A DNA stretch of 64,000 nucleotides from an uncultured Pelagibacteraceae bacterium (GCA_902625945.1 CACODG010000003.1:2466-66465), one strand, 5' to 3'; shown: positions 49,195 to 59,495, counted from the stretch's first letter. Numbers and translations: made by a program. Notes: generated by a model not told the origin, from the sequence alone.

Positions 49195-50388
49195 TTAAAT
49201 ATTATTAATAAATATTTCAAAATTATTTTTTATATATTTTAAATCTTTATTGTTTAATCCATGATGACAGCCTATTAAGATGCCATTTTTCATAACACTA
49301 TTGCTATTTACCTCAGCAAATTTAACTTTTTTATATTTTCTTTTCTTCATAATTGGTTGGCGAAGTATATTACCAGTAAAGATAGTTCTTGTTTGTATCC
49401 CCTTTTTTTCCAAGAAAATTTGTAATTTCTGCCTATTAATCTTTTTATTTTTTATAATTACGGGATAAGCTAACCAAGGGGTTCTCAATCCATTTTGTTG
49501 AACTGGCAGATCAAATAATGATGGGTATTGTGAAAAAAAATTCTTTAATTTTTCGAAATTTTGAACCCTTTTTTTTATATTCTTAGGTAATTTACGTAAT
49601 TGTTCAGTTGCAAAAGCTGCTGATATTTCTGAGGGTAAAAAATTATACCCCATATCTTTAAAAATATACTTCCCATCATAAGGTATTCCATCAACCTTCG
49701 TGTTAAACCTTTTTTTTATACCCTCTGACTCATCAAAAACAGCGGATGATCTCCCCCAACCTCTCAGTAATTTAGCCTTATCATATAGCTTTCTGTCATT
49801 AAAGCACACCATACCTCCAAAACCTGCCCCAGTTATTATGTGAGACGCATACATACTGTTTGTAGTAATGTCTGAAAATTTACCTAAGTTTTTTCCATGT
49901 ACTTTATATCCAATTGTATCAGCAGAGTCTTCGATCACTTTAAGGTTGTAGCGTTTCGCTATTTTACTTATTATTTTCCAATCTGGTACGTTTCCTAATA
50001 AATTAGGCAGCATAATTGCTTTAGTTTTTTTTGTTATAGCTTTTCTTATTTGATCAATGTTTGCAACAAAAGTGTTTTTCTTCACATCGATAAAATGAGG
50101 TATTAAACCTAGCTGATAAATTGGAGCTACAGTAGTTGAGAATGTTAAAGTTGTTGTGATGATTTCACTTCCTTCTTTAAGGTTTAAAGAAGCTAAAGCA
50201 AGTAAATTTGCAGATGATCCAGAATTTACCATTAAACCAAATTTCTTTCCAAATGATTGTGCTATTTTCTTTTCCAAAGATTTTACTGAAGGTCCGTCAA
50301 TTAAAGTTAAAGATTTATTTTTTAAAACACTGACAGCGGCGTTAATTTCTTCCCTGTTATATACTGCTTTACCGTAAAATATTTTCAT
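49195..50388 (-). CDS. DegT/DnrJ-fold PLP enzyme, RfbH/ColD-type NDP-4-keto-6-deoxysugar 3-dehydratase
   Basis: VNSGSSANLLA, IEDSAD and WGR motifs; His at the usual PLP-Lys position (SMYASH). Confidence 0.8.
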   Translation of the reverse strand: MKIFYGKAVYNREEINAAVSVLKNKSLTLIDGPSVKSLEKKIAQSFGKKFGLMVNSGSSANLLALASLNLKEGSEIITTTLTFSTTVAPIYQLGLIPHFIDVKKNTFVANIDQIRKAITKKTKAIMLPNLLGNVPDWKIISKIAKRYNLKVIEDSADTIGYKVHGKNLGKFSDITTNSMYASHIITGAGFGGMVCFNDRKLYDKAKLLRGWGRSSAVFDESEGIKKRFNTKVDGIPYDGKYIFKDMGYNFLPSEISAAFATEQLRKLPKNIKKRVQNFEKLKNFFSQYPSLFDLPVQQNGLRTPWLAYPVIIKNKKINRQKLQIFLEKKGIQTRTIFTGNILRQPIMKKRKYKKVKFAEVNSNSVMKNGILIGCHHGLNNKDLKYIKNNFEIFINNI

Positions 50389-52518
50389 TTAATTTTCCCA
50401 ATAAAATTTTTTCGATTTCTTTATATCAAAAGTTTTTGAAATTATATACTCTGCAACTTTATTTGAATTAAAATGTCTCATATATTTAATCTTACCGTTT
50501 TTGGCGATTTTTTTTCTTAATTTATCATCGTTAGATATTTTCAAAATTTTTTCAGATAAATCATTGACGTTTTTATAAAAAACCATTTCATTATCGCTAA
50601 AAAAATTTCTATATTGCGTTTTTTCGTCAATCAAACAAACTAAACCATTTCCAACAATTTGTGTAATTCTATCACTGCTGTAATATTTAATCGCTTCACC
50701 TCTGCTTAGATTTAAGCCCATTTTAGCATTAGATATTGTTTTGAAATAATGATCAGCCCATATAGGTTGAACTTTTCCAATTCCATAAAGATCAAATTTA
50801 ACATCAGGTGTTTTTGAAGTAAGTGAGTTAAGAAATATTATTCTATCATCAATTTTTCCACTTTTTAGTACTCCTCTATGAACGCCGTGACTAAGTGCAA
50901 AAAAAACATCAACATTGCATGATTTATTAAAGTTATTTAAAATTTCAAACGATCTATCTGATGGATTTGGTATATAAAAACTATTTTCTTTTTTTAAAAA
51001 ATTTAGAACATCTGGACTTGTAGTTAAAAAACTAGTGTCCACTACTTTTATTTTATCTAAAATTCTTTCTTTATTTCTTTCATAATCAGGCCCATTTTTG
51101 TTTAGCGGATCAAGAAACCATTGGCCGAACCTAGCTTTTGGATAGTCCTCTTTTAATTCCGCTATTTGATCAGGCGAAATAAGATCAGCATGTCCAAGTA
51201 CGATTAGATCAGGCTTATAATTATAACATGTTTTTTTCAATTTATTATTTAACGTTCTTGCACCTTTTAAATCACCAAAGCCTTTATAATATTTTTGAAT
51301 ATCTCGGTCACTAAAACCTAAAACGCTGTGCCCTAGTCTTATAAAACCATTATTTATCCTTCTTCCTGTATTAAAAAATAATCGTCCATCAAGTCTTTCA
51401 TTAAAATTAGTTATATGGAGAATTCTTAAATTATCCAAATTTTTCTTTAAATTGAAACTATTTAAAATTTGTAATTTTTCAGATCTATAACCATCAATTT
51501 TTTTTGTTATAAATTCGTGGGTTAAATAAAAATTTTTAAGTGATAGTTTTTGTAAATTTTTTCTCTTATCCTTATTTTTTATTAATCTTGATATATTTTC
51601 TTCTAAATTTTTTGTAGTTAATTTTTTTAAAATTTTTGCATTAGTAACTGTTTCCGGCAATCCTCCTTTATCTGTAATTATAACTGCGCATCCGTTAGCA
51701 GAAGCTTCTAAACTTGTTCTACCGAAAGGTTCCTCCCATCTAGAACACGCTACTGCAATGCTAGTTTTTTTGAATATATTCAAAACTTTATCGTGATTTA
51801 AAAATCCCAAAATATCTGCATTCTTGTGATTGAGAACTATTTTTTCCCTTTTTTCATCTCCAATTATTTTTGCTCTCCAATCGGGATGTTTATTGAGTAT
51901 CCTCTTAATAGCTTTGGAAAAAACGTCATACCCTTTAGCTGAATTTAGCTTACCAGCAAAGGTGATCCATTTTTTTTTATTTTTTAATATTTTCTTATTA
52001 TTTTTTTTTGCTGATTGATAAAAGACTGCAAGTTTATCACTATTTACAAATTTGTTTTCAAGCCCCTCTAAAAATCTTTTTTTAGACCAATTACTATTAA
52101 AAATTATTTTATAGCAACTTTTTAATAAATTTTTTCTGTCCTGAATACTTTTTGATCCCTCCATAGATAATGGATCATTATGAAAATATAAAACTAGAAT
52201 TTTATTTTTTAACCCATTTTTAAGTATATTTATGTAACTTGGACGGTTATGAATCTCAATGATTGAAAAATTAAATTTTTCTTGAATTTTAATAAATTTA
52301 TTTACATACGCTCGAGTTTGACTCCGTAATGGATTATTAAATAAGTCAATATTTTGATACCTTAATTTAAATTTTTTTTTAAATTTTGTATTTCCGAAAA
52401 CAACTATTTTTCTTTTAAAAACACTCTTTAAACTTGTTTCATTTACAAAAAGTGATACTGCTCCTGGATAATCTGGAGAAAAATTTTCTTTATAAGGTAA
52501 TAATATTGCAATATTCAT
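50389..52518 (-). CDS. fused two-domain glycosyltransferase (GT4 + CgeB/GT1_2-like)
   Basis: N-half KGYD...WEEPFGRTSLEA (GT4); C-half GLNLSR...YSSDR (CgeB-like). Confidence 0.85.
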   Translation of the reverse strand: MNIAILLPYKENFSPDYPGAVSLFVNETSLKSVFKRKIVVFGNTKFKKKFKLRYQNIDLFNNPLRSQTRAYVNKFIKIQEKFNFSIIEIHNRPSYINILKNGLKNKILVLYFHNDPLSMEGSKSIQDRKNLLKSCYKIIFNSNWSKKRFLEGLENKFVNSDKLAVFYQSAKKNNKKILKNKKKWITFAGKLNSAKGYDVFSKAIKRILNKHPDWRAKIIGDEKREKIVLNHKNADILGFLNHDKVLNIFKKTSIAVACSRWEEPFGRTSLEASANGCAVIITDKGGLPETVTNAKILKKLTTKNLEENISRLIKNKDKRKNLQKLSLKNFYLTHEFITKKIDGYRSEKLQILNSFNLKKNLDNLRILHITNFNERLDGRLFFNTGRRINNGFIRLGHSVLGFSDRDIQKYYKGFGDLKGARTLNNKLKKTCYNYKPDLIVLGHADLISPDQIAELKEDYPKARFGQWFLDPLNKNGPDYERNKERILDKIKVVDTSFLTTSPDVLNFLKKENSFYIPNPSDRSFEILNNFNKSCNVDVFFALSHGVHRGVLKSGKIDDRIIFLNSLTSKTPDVKFDLYGIGKVQPIWADHYFKTISNAKMGLNLSRGEAIKYYSSDRITQIVGNGLVCLIDEKTQYRNFFSDNEMVFYKNVNDLSEKILKISNDDKLRKKIAKNGKIKYMRHFNSNKVAEYIISKTFDIKKSKKFYWEN

Positions 52519-52538
52519 ATTTGTATTAAGTAATCAAT

Positions 52539-53204
52539 CTAGTAAAAACTTTTTAAAGTATTTCCGTCCAAGTAAATAGTTGATCCAGTCAAGTATTTTA
52601 ACCTATTTTTTACTATTGAGTTCACCAATAGACCTATTTCCTTTGGATTGCCAATTTTTTTTGTTGGAAGAGTTTTCTCAAACTTTTTTAAATCTTTAAT
52701 CAATTCTTTAACCCTACCCGTTTTAAAGGGGCCAGGTGCAATGGAAATTACAGATACACCCTTTTTTGAAAAAGTATAGCTTATTGATTTCAATACGCTA
52801 GAAAATGCAATTCTCAATGATGATGAAGGAATTAGTAACTCGTTTGGCTCTCTTATTATGGAGGAGGATATATAAAATATATAACCATTATTTTTTATTT
52901 TTAAATTCTTTAAAATTAAACAAAAACCCAAAAAAAGTTGATTGAAATATCTTAACCATATTTTTTCATTAATCTTGTTAAATCTTAACGGCATAGGTCC
53001 GCCAGAATTTAATACCAAAATATCTGTTGATTTATGTTTTTTTAAAAATTTTTTAACGGATTCGATATTAGAAGTATCAATATCTTTAGTTGACAATGCA
53101 TGAATATTTTTACAACTTTTTCTTAACTCTAAAGCAATAGCTTTACCAATTCCTTTAGATCCTCCTAAAATAATTGCTTTTTTAAAATTTGATTTTTTTA
53201 CCAT
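52539..53204 (-). CDS. short-chain dehydrogenase/reductase, atypical (BKR-like)
   Basis: GGSKGIG, LVLNSGGP and IAPGPF.T.R motifs; lacks YxxxK. Confidence 0.8.
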   Translation of the reverse strand: MVKKSNFKKAIILGGSKGIGKAIALELRKSCKNIHALSTKDIDTSNIESVKKFLKKHKSTDILVLNSGGPMPLRFNKINEKIWLRYFNQLFLGFCLILKNLKIKNNGYIFYISSSIIREPNELLIPSSSLRIAFSSVLKSISYTFSKKGVSVISIAPGPFKTGRVKELIKDLKKFEKTLPTKKIGNPKEIGLLVNSIVKNRLKYLTGSTIYLDGNTLKSFY

Positions 53205-53940
53205 GTATTTTTACTTTTGTATTTACTTTTTTTTTAGTTAAAATTATTTGAATCTCGTTAAATTCTTTTTTTAATTCTTTAAGCTCATCAATAAAAAAAG
53301 CATGTATATTGTCAGGGTATAATCTTTTTTTAATTCTAAGATTTTTTATATAGATAAAAATAAATGATGGATTAAAATAACTTGAAAGATGTAATGGAAC
53401 ACGATTTTTAAAATGATGTCCATAACCAACAGGTAATTTAAATTTTTTTCTTAAATAATTTATTCTATTTAAATCCAAATCTTTTGCTTCATAAGACATA
53501 TTGGTATAAAGCAAGTTCAATCTTTTTTTTGTTTCAAAATACTTTAAACACTTCGAGATATTATTATCACTTCCTTTAGCTAATGATATATAGACAGGTT
53601 TATTTTTTTTTTTTAAAATATCAATTAATTCCTTATTATTAATTGCAATTCCTAAAAGTTTGTAAAAATCAAAATTTAAATCTTTAAGATTGTTAAAACT
53701 TTTTAAATCACAAACCGAAAGTCCAATTTTTTTTTTCTTTTTATGCGCTAATTTAATTGCTCTTTTGTAAAATTCTTTAGGTAATAAAAAATCAATCCTT
53801 CTTTTCATATACCTATAAAAATTATCTGTATGAATCATAAACGTAAGATGTTGAAATTCTGATTTTAAAAAAAACTTCAAATATTTATAGGCTTCAGAAA
53901 CTTTTCCGAAATGATTAATGCCAACTTCAAGTACCATCAT
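53182..53940 (-). CDS. degenerate NeuB (N-acetylneuraminate synthase)-like protein
   Basis: LEVGINH.G, KPVYIS, DLDL.RI..L...F.LPVGY motifs; no SAF domain. Confidence 0.7.
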   Translation of the reverse strand: MMVLEVGINHFGKVSEAYKYLKFFLKSEFQHLTFMIHTDNFYRYMKRRIDFLLPKEFYKRAIKLAHKKKKKIGLSVCDLKSFNNLKDLNFDFYKLLGIAINNKELIDILKKKNKPVYISLAKGSDNNISKCLKYFETKKRLNLLYTNMSYEAKDLDLNRINYLRKKFKLPVGYGHHFKNRVPLHLSSYFNPSFIFIYIKNLRIKKRLYPDNIHAFFIDELKELKKEFNEIQIILTKKKVNTKVKIHGKKIKF

Positions 53941-54196
53941 AATTAAATTTAAATTCCAAGTTTTTTAATTTTTTTCTTAATGTCCTGTTATTCTTTATAT
54001 AATATTCTCTAGAAATTGCCTCTCTTTTTGAATTAAGTTTTTCCTTATAAATTAGTTTCCATTTTCTACCTCTAGTAAATTTAGCTCCCCTATTACTATT
54101 ATGCAGAATGATTCTTTTTTTTAAATTATTTGTATATCCAACATATGTAACAGTTTTTTTGCCCAAAGATTTGAGCATATAAACGTGATAAGTCAT
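53927..54196 (-). CDS. GIY-YIG nuclease (YhbQ/UPF0213-like)
   Basis: VYML...YVGYT.NL.KR...HN...GAKFTR motif. Confidence 0.9.
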   Translation of the reverse strand: MTYHVYMLKSLGKKTVTYVGYTNNLKKRIILHNSNRGAKFTRGRKWKLIYKEKLNSKREAISREYYIKNNRTLRKKLKNLEFKFNYDGT

Positions 54197-54201
54197 TGTA
54201 T

Positions 54202-54993
54202 TTAGTAGCCTTTTCCAGGATCCTTATTTGTATCTTTTTTTAGTTTATTTAAAGCTGACTTAGATGCAGTGGTCATATAACGTTGATCAGAGCCAATAGT
54301 TACTAATTGAAATCCTTTTTTTATCATTTTTTCTGCATACTCTGGCTCACCATTCTGAATACCTGCAATTATCTTGTTTTTTTTTGCGTGCTCTAAAATC
54401 TTCATAATCACTTCATAAACTGGATCTCCTTCAGGTTTATCAAAACTAGGTTTTTCACCAATAGCTAAACTTAAATCAGCGGGCCCAATATAAATTCCAT
54501 CCAAACCAGGTGTAGTCATTATATTATCCAAATTATCTAAAGACTCTTTTGTTTCAATCATAGCGAATTTTAATATTTCATCATTTGCTTTATCAGCATA
54601 GTCAGCTCCGCCATAGACAAGGCCTCTAATCGGACCATAACTTCTATATCCTTTGGGAGGGTATAGACATGCTTTAACAAAATTATCTGCCTCATTTTTA
54701 TTGCTTACCATTGGACAAATAATTCCATAGGCTCCAGCATCTAAAATCTTCATTATCTGACCAGGTTCATTCCAATTTACTCTTGCCATAGGCACTACTT
54801 TAGTTGATGAAATTGCTTGCAACATGTTTACAGCATTAGAATAATCAATAACACCATGCTGCATATCTAGAGTTAGTGAGTCCCAATTTTGATTAGCCAT
54901 TAATTCAGCTGTAAATGAGTTTGGAATTTGCAGCCAGCCATTTACTACTGGTTTTCCAGATTTAAAAATTTCTTTTAATTTATTTTTTCTCAT
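54202..54993 (-). CDS. HpcH/HpaI family class II aldolase
   Basis: LDMQHG, LDAGA.GIICP, YPP.G.RS.G, MIET and IGPADL motifs. Confidence 0.92.
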   Translation of the reverse strand: MRKNKLKEIFKSGKPVVNGWLQIPNSFTAELMANQNWDSLTLDMQHGVIDYSNAVNMLQAISSTKVVPMARVNWNEPGQIMKILDAGAYGIICPMVSNKNEADNFVKACLYPPKGYRSYGPIRGLVYGGADYADKANDEILKFAMIETKESLDNLDNIMTTPGLDGIYIGPADLSLAIGEKPSFDKPEGDPVYEVIMKILEHAKKNKIIAGIQNGEPEYAEKMIKKGFQLVTIGSDQRYMTTASKSALNKLKKDTNKDPGKGY

Positions 54994-56435
54994 TCGTAAG
55001 AGATACCGAAGTGAGTATATTTTATATTTAAATAATCTTTAATAGCCATTGATCCTCCTTCTCTACCATAACCTGTTTGCTTAATACCACCAAACGGCGC
55101 TTCAGCAACAGCTACAACAGGAGTATTAACTGCTACGCATCCAGTTTCTAGTTTTTCTGAAGCTTTGTTAGCTTTTTTTAAATCAGTTGTGTAAACATAA
55201 CTACACAATCCAAGATCATTACTATTAGCTCTATTTATTACTTCATCAAAATCTTTAAAACTTAAGATTGGAACTATTGGACCAAATGGTTCTTCTTTCA
55301 TTATAGTGAAATTATCTTTTATATCATCGAATATAGTTGGTTCATAAAAATATCCTTTATTAAAATTAGCTGCCCTTTTACCTCCTAATAATAATTTTCC
55401 CCCTTCTTTCTTTGTGGTTTCAACTAACTTTTCTACCCCCTCTAATCTTTGTTTCGTACATAATGGACCAAGTAAAGTATCTTTATCCATTCCATTTCCT
55501 ATCTTTAGTTTTTTTGTTTTTTTAACCATCAAATCTACAAATTCATTTTTTTTATCTTCATGTATATAAAATCTATTTGGAGATATACATACTTGCCCAT
55601 TATTTCTGAACTTTGCAGTTATTGCCATGTCTGTAACTTTATTTAAATCAACATCGTCAAACACTATGAATGGAGAATGGCCGCTTAACTCCATAGTTAC
55701 TCTTTGTACTTTATCTGCAGCTTGTTTTAATATCAATTTGCCTACTCTTGTAGATCCAGTAATTGAAATCTTTTTAACTATATCAGACTTAATAAGTTCT
55801 TCAGATATACCTGCTGGATCACCTGATAATAAATTGACAACACCAGAAGGAACACCTGCTTCTTTACAAATATCTACAATTTCCATAACACTTCCAGGAG
55901 TTATAATATCTGGTTTTACGATAACTGAACAGCCAGCAGCTAATGCAGTTGAAATCTTTCTTGATGCAAGAATAATTGGAAAGTTCCAAGGAACTAAAGC
56001 AGCTACAACACCAACTGGCTGGTAAATTACATGTATACGAGTGTTTGGAAATCGACTTTGATTTATCTCACCAAATATTCTTTTAGTTTCTTCAGAATTC
56101 CATTCAAATATATCTGCAGCTCCTCCTACTTCTCCAGGACCTTCGGTTAAAGGTTTTCCAACTTCCAGTGTTAACCATTTAGATAAAATATCAACTCGTT
56201 GTCTAATTAATTCCGAAATTTTTCTAATTATTTTTGCTCTTTCCCAAGGTGATGTATTCCTCCAAATTTCTAAACCCTTTTCTGCTGATTTAAGAGCTCT
56301 AAGCACGTCCGAACTGTTGGCCTTAGAAGCCTTACCTATTAATTCTTCAGTAGCCGGATTAAGGACATCATATGTTTCACCACTTGTAGACTTTTGCCAC
56401 TTTCCATCAATGAACTGTCCGTATTTATCGTACAT
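54990..56435 (-). CDS. NAD-dependent aldehyde dehydrogenase (succinate-semialdehyde dehydrogenase-like)
   Basis: PWNFP, TGST, MEL.G, GQVC, EEPFGP and PFGG.K..G.GREG motifs. Confidence 0.9.
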   Translation of the reverse strand: MYDKYGQFIDGKWQKSTSGETYDVLNPATEELIGKASKANSSDVLRALKSAEKGLEIWRNTSPWERAKIIRKISELIRQRVDILSKWLTLEVGKPLTEGPGEVGGAADIFEWNSEETKRIFGEINQSRFPNTRIHVIYQPVGVVAALVPWNFPIILASRKISTALAAGCSVIVKPDIITPGSVMEIVDICKEAGVPSGVVNLLSGDPAGISEELIKSDIVKKISITGSTRVGKLILKQAADKVQRVTMELSGHSPFIVFDDVDLNKVTDMAITAKFRNNGQVCISPNRFYIHEDKKNEFVDLMVKKTKKLKIGNGMDKDTLLGPLCTKQRLEGVEKLVETTKKEGGKLLLGGKRAANFNKGYFYEPTIFDDIKDNFTIMKEEPFGPIVPILSFKDFDEVINRANSNDLGLCSYVYTTDLKKANKASEKLETGCVAVNTPVVAVAEAPFGGIKQTGYGREGGSMAIKDYLNIKYTHFGISYE

Positions 56436-56484
56436 AAATTATTGTTGAATAAAGAATGTTAATTAAATACTTTATATTGAATTT

Positions 56485-58329
56485 ATGAAAAACATTCAAC
56501 TTACTTGTGCACACGCTTTAGTAAAATTTCTTATAGCTCAGAAAACTCTTATAGATGGAAAAAAAGTGCCATTATTTCCAGGTGTGTTTGGAATTTTTGG
56601 TCATGGTAATGTTGCTTGTTTAGGTCAAGCTCTTCAAGAAAACCAAAAAGACCTTCCAACATGGAGAGGTCATCATGAACAAAATATGGCTTTAACCGGT
56701 ATTGCGTATTCAAGAGCTAAAAGAAGAAAACAAATTTTTGTTGCTACATCTTCGGTTGGGCCGGGATCTACAAATATGATTACTGCAGCAGCTGTTGCGA
56801 TGAGTAATAGATTGCCAATTCTTTTTTTACCTGGCGATACATTTGCAAATCGCATGCCTGATCCGGTATTGCAACAGGTCGAACATTTTAATAATCCTGG
56901 AGTTACTCAAAATGATGGATTTAAACCGGTTGTAAGATATTTTGATAGAATAACTCGACCTGAGCAAATAATATCAAGTTTACAACAAGCAATACAAGTC
57001 ATGTTAGACCCTGCCGATTGTGGTCCAGCATGTATTTCTTTAAGCCAAGATGTCCAAGGCGAAGTTTATGATTATCCAGAGGAATTTTTTCAAGAAAGAA
57101 TTCATACGATTAGAAGACCAAAGCCAGATGATTTTCAAATTAAAGAAGCAGCAGATTTAATAAAAAAATCTAAGAAACCGATTATTATTGCTGGCGGAGG
57201 TGTTTTTTATTCTGATGCTACTGATGAACTAAGTACATTTGCAAAAAAACATAATATTCCTGTAACGCAAACAGTTATGGGTTACTCATCTATAAAAAAA
57301 GATCATACTCATTTTCTAGGAACTATCGGAGGTTTAGGTGGAAAAGCAGCAAACAATTTAAGTAAAGAGACTGATACAGCGATAGCAATAGGAACAAAAC
57401 TTGCTGATTTTACAACTGGATCTTGGGCTAATTTTGAAAATCCTAATTTTAAACTAGTCACTATAAATGCTGCACGATTTGATGCAAACAAACACATGGC
57501 CCAAGCTATAGTTGGAGATGCTAAAATTTCATTAATTGAGCTTTCTCAAGCACTAGGAGATTGGAAAGCAGATGATAGTTGGTATAAAAAATCAAGAATA
57601 GAATTAAAGAACTGGGAAGCTTACGTTGAAAAAGAAAGCGGACCTACTAATCAAAAACTTCCTAGCTATGCTCAAGTAATAGGAGCTTGCTATAGAAATT
57701 CAGATCCCTCTGATATAGCTGTAACGGCAGCCGGAGGTTTAGTAGGTGAAGTGATACAGGTTTGGAAACCTAGAGAATTAAATACTCATGAGACAGAGTG
57801 GGGCTTTAGTTGTATGAGTTATGAAATTTCTGGGGCGCTGGGTATCAAAATGGCTAATCCAGATAAAGAAGTTGTTTCATTTGTTGGAGACGGATCCTAT
57901 CTACTTTATAACTCTGATATATATAGTTCAGTAATCACGAATAATAAATTAATATTAATAGTTTGTGATAATGGAGGGCACGCTGTTATAAATAGACTGC
58001 AATTATACAAAGGCGGTAAAGAATTTAATTGTCTACTTAAAAGCTCAAAACATTCCAATTTAGTACCTGTAGATTTTGCAGGACATGCAAAGAGCATGGG
58101 AGCAGATGGTGAGCATGTTAATTCAATAGTTGAATTAGAGGAAGCTTTTAAAAGAGCTAAAAAATCAAAAAAAACTTATGTAATTTCAATTCATACTGAT
58201 GGTTACCAATGGTTAGAGGGATCAGCTTATTGGGAAAGTCCTACTCTTGGAATAACTTCAACAGAAGAAAATAAAAAAGCCCTAAAAGAACACTTAGAAG
58301 GAAAGAAAAAGCAACGAAAAGGTGTATAA
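56485..58329 (+). CDS. iolD: 3D-(3,5/4)-trihydroxycyclohexane-1,2-dione acylhydrolase
   Basis: IFGHGNV, PDPVLQQ.E, DFTTGS, E.GFSCM.YEI and GDGSY (TPP) motifs. Confidence 0.93.
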   Translation: MKNIQLTCAHALVKFLIAQKTLIDGKKVPLFPGVFGIFGHGNVACLGQALQENQKDLPTWRGHHEQNMALTGIAYSRAKRRKQIFVATSSVGPGSTNMITAAAVAMSNRLPILFLPGDTFANRMPDPVLQQVEHFNNPGVTQNDGFKPVVRYFDRITRPEQIISSLQQAIQVMLDPADCGPACISLSQDVQGEVYDYPEEFFQERIHTIRRPKPDDFQIKEAADLIKKSKKPIIIAGGGVFYSDATDELSTFAKKHNIPVTQTVMGYSSIKKDHTHFLGTIGGLGGKAANNLSKETDTAIAIGTKLADFTTGSWANFENPNFKLVTINAARFDANKHMAQAIVGDAKISLIELSQALGDWKADDSWYKKSRIELKNWEAYVEKESGPTNQKLPSYAQVIGACYRNSDPSDIAVTAAGGLVGEVIQVWKPRELNTHETEWGFSCMSYEISGALGIKMANPDKEVVSFVGDGSYLLYNSDIYSSVITNNKLILIVCDNGGHAVINRLQLYKGGKEFNCLLKSSKHSNLVPVDFAGHAKSMGADGEHVNSIVELEEAFKRAKKSKKTYVISIHTDGYQWLEGSAYWESPTLGITSTEENKKALKEHLEGKKKQRKGV

Positions 58330-58337
58330 CCTTCTTA

Positions 58338-59495
58338 ATGCAAAAAATTATCAATGTTGGATTAATAGGTTGTGGTCATATTGCTGAAACATATTTTAGA
58401 GCTCATAAATACTTTAATAATTTTAAAATAATTAAGTGCGCAGATATTAATAAAAAAGCTGCTGAAAAATGTGCCAAGACCTATAAAATTGAGTCCGCTT
58501 CTGTAAATGAAATACTTAAAGATAAAAAAATTCAGATAATTTTAAACCTTACGATTCCTACAGCACACTATTTGGTAGCAAAAAATTCATTATTGAATGG
58601 AAAACATGTGTATTCTGAGAAACCTTTAGCAGTAGACTTCAACAATGGTTTAGAACTTATTAAAATTGCTCGAAGAAAAAATCTTTATATTGGAAATGCG
58701 CCTGATACTTTTTTAGGAGGAGGTAATCAAAAAGCAAGACAACTTATAGATAAAAAAATTATAGGTAAAATAAAATTTGGAAATGCAATATTTGCTTTTC
58801 CAGGAATTCAATCATACCATCCTAATCCAGAACCATGGTTTAAAAAAAAGGGAGGAGGACCAGTTATTGATATGGGTCCATACTATTTAACAGCGTTGGT
58901 AAATTTATTAGGTCCTGCTAAATCTGTAACAAGCATCTGTAATTACAATACCAAAAAAAGAATAATCGGTATTGGGCCTAAGAAAGGAAAAAAAATTAAA
59001 GTGGAATGCCCTACTACATACTTTTCAACTATTAGATTTCAAAATAGAGCAATTATTAGATTAACTTTATCATTTGATGTAATCTCGCACTTAAGAAATC
59101 ATATTGAGTTATATGGCGAAAAAGGATCTATGATAGTCCCAGATCCAAATATGTTCGGAGGATCTGTTTTTTTAAGTACGAAATTAGGAAGTAAATGGAA
59201 AAATTTTAAAACAAATAAAATGATTTTGGGAAAAATTAATATTCGAACACAGAGCTCTAGGGCGAATGAGTCTCCTACTAACGCTAATTATAGAGGTGTG
59301 GGACTTGCGGAGATGGTTTACTCAATTCAAAATAAAAAAAAACATAGATGCAATGGAAATTTATCGTTACATGTTCTTAATATTATAGATGGAATTCATA
59401 AATCAGCTAAAAATGGAAAAAGATTTAATATCAAAACAACCTGTGAAAAACCTAAATTTTTTACTATTAAAGAAATAAACTCAATTATCAAATAG
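58338..59495 (+). CDS. Gfo/Idh/MocA family oxidoreductase
   Basis: GCGHI, NLTIP..H, YSEKP, APDTFLG and DMGPYY motifs. Confidence 0.92.
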   Translation: MQKIINVGLIGCGHIAETYFRAHKYFNNFKIIKCADINKKAAEKCAKTYKIESASVNEILKDKKIQIILNLTIPTAHYLVAKNSLLNGKHVYSEKPLAVDFNNGLELIKIARRKNLYIGNAPDTFLGGGNQKARQLIDKKIIGKIKFGNAIFAFPGIQSYHPNPEPWFKKKGGGPVIDMGPYYLTALVNLLGPAKSVTSICNYNTKKRIIGIGPKKGKKIKVECPTTYFSTIRFQNRAIIRLTLSFDVISHLRNHIELYGEKGSMIVPDPNMFGGSVFLSTKLGSKWKNFKTNKMILGKINIRTQSSRANESPTNANYRGVGLAEMVYSIQNKKKHRCNGNLSLHVLNIIDGIHKSAKNGKRFNIKTTCEKPKFFTIKEINSIIK

